A DNA stretch of 64,000 nt from Camelus ferus. Lineage: Eukaryota. Where the stretch lies: assembly GCF_009834535.1 (NCBI RefSeq), contig NC_045697.1:17734001-17798000 (forward strand). The letters are read 5' to 3'. The translations under genes were made by a program, and so were the position numbers. The notes beneath the pieces are model-generated. The model was not told where the DNA came from and ran no database searches. It was given only the letters and a program-made list of their open reading frames with translations. Below are positions 61,921 through 64,000 of the stretch, piece by piece; the stretch's first letter is position 1; the number at the start of each line of letters is the position of its first letter.

Positions 61921-62993
61921 TGATTTTATAAAGAAAGGTTGTCACATCAGTCTGGAGTTGCTACAGTTCATCCTTTTTTCCTTAAAAAGTTCTTCCTTTA
62001 AAAAAGAGCTAGGAAAACTCTCTCCATCCCTGGCTCTATCCCACCACTCCTTTATCTCTTGATTCCTCCGTGGACACTGACAGCAGTTCCATGGCCATGT
62101 CAGCAAGTTGTTCAGTGTCCTGGGGTGCAATTTAGTTGAACCTTGGGATAGCACTAAAGTATCTCAGCATACTTTCCCTGGCCTCCTGGCCATAAGGATC
62201 TGTTCCCTCCTTTCCTGAACAACTGGTTGAAGGTGGGCCTGTCTGAAGAAGCTAGAAGCAAATTAAGTGTGGCTGTGGTCTGTCTGGGCCTCCACACCCA
62301 CTCACATTCTGTATAAACAGCAGCTCCATTTACTGAAGAACATGCTGTGGGTTCAACTTTGTTCTGAGGGTTCTACTCACAAGCTCACAAGTGATTCTTG
62401 CAGAAGTCCGATAAAATAGGTCTAGCTATTAGCCCCCTTGTGCAGATGAGAAAACAGAAGCACAGAAAGGGTGAGTAATTTCTCTAAGGCCACACAGCGA
62501 AGTGGCAGAACTGGCTTTCAAACCTATGCCCTGAACCACTGTGCCACATTGCTTTGTCCATTCTCTGTCACTTTTTCTGAACTTTGCTTTAAAGGCCCTT
62601 CATAATAGGACCGGATGTGGGAGATGAGTTTCAGTTATCTTGTCATATTTTTTGCATTAGGTGAGTAGTTTTTATTAAAGCCCATTTAGATGGCTCCAAC
62701 ACCACTGCTTGGCCCTGCCTTTATGGGAACTTAGCCTTCCTCCCACCAGCCTCCTGGTCTCCCCGCCTCCTGTGAGTACCTCCTGGTTAAAAGCCCCTCC
62801 CCACTTTGCCAACCTCAGCTCATCACAGATGGAGCTGCTGCCCTTCTCCAGTCTTCACCAGGAACCTGTCAGGCTCCTTTCCTGCCTCCTGACTCATCCG
62901 CATCAGTCCTTTCAGGAGTCACAGGCCCAGGCTCAGCCGATGGTAGAGACAGAAGTCTCTTCCCTGGAAGCATCATCTACAAGAACGACTTGG

Positions 62994-63330
62994 TGTTATG
63001 GGCTGAATCCTGTCTCCCAAAATTCGTATGTCAAAGTCCTAACCATCAGTACCTCAGAATGTGACCTGATCTGGAAGCAGGGTCATCGCAGATGCAATTA
63101 GTTAAGATGAAGTTACACTGCAGAAGTGTGGGCCCTAAATGACTGTGACGGGTATCCTTACAAGAAGAGGAAATCTGGGCACAGACACACAGGGAGACTG
63201 GCCCTCAGAAGGAACCAACCAGCTGACGCCCTGATCTTGCATGTCTAGCTTCCAGAATTGGGAGTCAGTAAGCTTCTGTTGTTAAGCCTCCTAGTTTGTG
63301 GTATGTGGTTACAGCAGCCCTAGCTAATGA
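62994..63330 (+). mobile_element. MaLR solo LTR (MLT1A/B-like)
   Basis: TGTTATGGGCTGAAT..tcccaaaattcgtatg..gtacctcagaatgtgacc ... gttacagcagccctagc. Confidence 0.87.
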
Positions 63331-64000
63331 AGACGATGGATCTCCAATAATAAAGAGGGAAGACGGCCCTCCCCATTAGGGAAATCCTCCTGCTCCCTAC
63401 TTAGGTGCCTGTCTCCCAGGAAGCCTTCACCGATCCCCTGACTGTGGTTACAGAAGAGAAGAGGCCAGGCCATGGCGTTAAGAGGCTGTTGCAAGGCTGT
63501 TGTGTTAGTCCATTTACTTGTAGTGCCTTCAGGTGGAAGGACTGTGAAGCTGGGAGGGAATTGGTCTCCATCCTGCCCCCACCCCAGTCCCAGTGAGTTA
63601 CTCCTTTCTGACGAAAGCAGGATCCCGCCCACGTGGTCCCCACCATCTCTGCACCACCAGCCATGTGCCTGGACCACAGTGCATTTCTGTCAGGTGGATG
63701 GATGCGTGCATGTGTGCACAGGGGGAAGAAAGAGCCAAGGAAGTAAGAAGATGGGAGGCGAGGAAAGAAGAAACAGGATATCTTTAAAAGCAGGATTTTT
63801 TGAAGGGAGGGTGGTAAAAGCGAGGAGAGTTCAGCCATTTTTCTGAGGCGGATCCACAGTTCCTTATCTGATACTCCTGCGACCAGATGTTTTCCATATT
63901 CGGAATTCTGGGGTCTTAAGAGAAGGGGCATGGGCCGTATGGGGCAGCATCCTGTCCAGAAACGCACTGGTGTTTCTGCAGCAAAAATAGATGATTAGTC

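Noticed and set aside
1600..64000. Remaining short ORFs (60-190 aa) in the six-frame track, and any SEPSECS exons
   Set aside because: None resembles a known protein, most overlap decayed repeats, and no SEPSECS-like peptide was seen in the window.

Overview
This window is mammalian genomic DNA, not prokaryotic. Three tRNA-derived Vic-1-type SINEs and the L1 3' ends point to a camelid (camel, llama or alpaca). The only supportable protein-coding sequence is coding exon 1 of LGI2 on the minus strand (1036->834), which encodes the signal peptide and LRR N-terminal cap. It lies in a CpG-island promoter, and intron 1 runs off the left edge. The remaining ~62 kb is LGI2-upstream intergenic DNA (towards SEPSECS if human synteny holds, which cannot be seen here). 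It is dominated by old interspersed repeats: MIR, L2, L3, L1, MaLR/ERVL solo LTRs and hAT/Tigger MITEs. I found no rRNA, genuine tRNA, CRISPR array, operon or multi-gene novel system, and all other ORFs in the track look like noise. The best leads are regulatory: (1) an orphan CpG-rich element at ~48.8-49.4 kb with two perfect MEF2 sites and five CAGATG E-boxes, a candidate distal LGI2 enhancer; (2) an out-of-frame upstream ORF overlapping the LGI2 start; (3) a tandem GTGAGTGAGT donor that would create an immediate stop; (4) a CCAAT + PBX/PREP decamer composite at 60.5 kb; (5) a consensus CTCF motif carried by an LTR; (6) several local duplications and non-B-DNA tracts. Repeat family names and boundaries were assigned by eye from remembered consensus sequences, so they are approximate and need RepeatMasker/Dfam confirmation.
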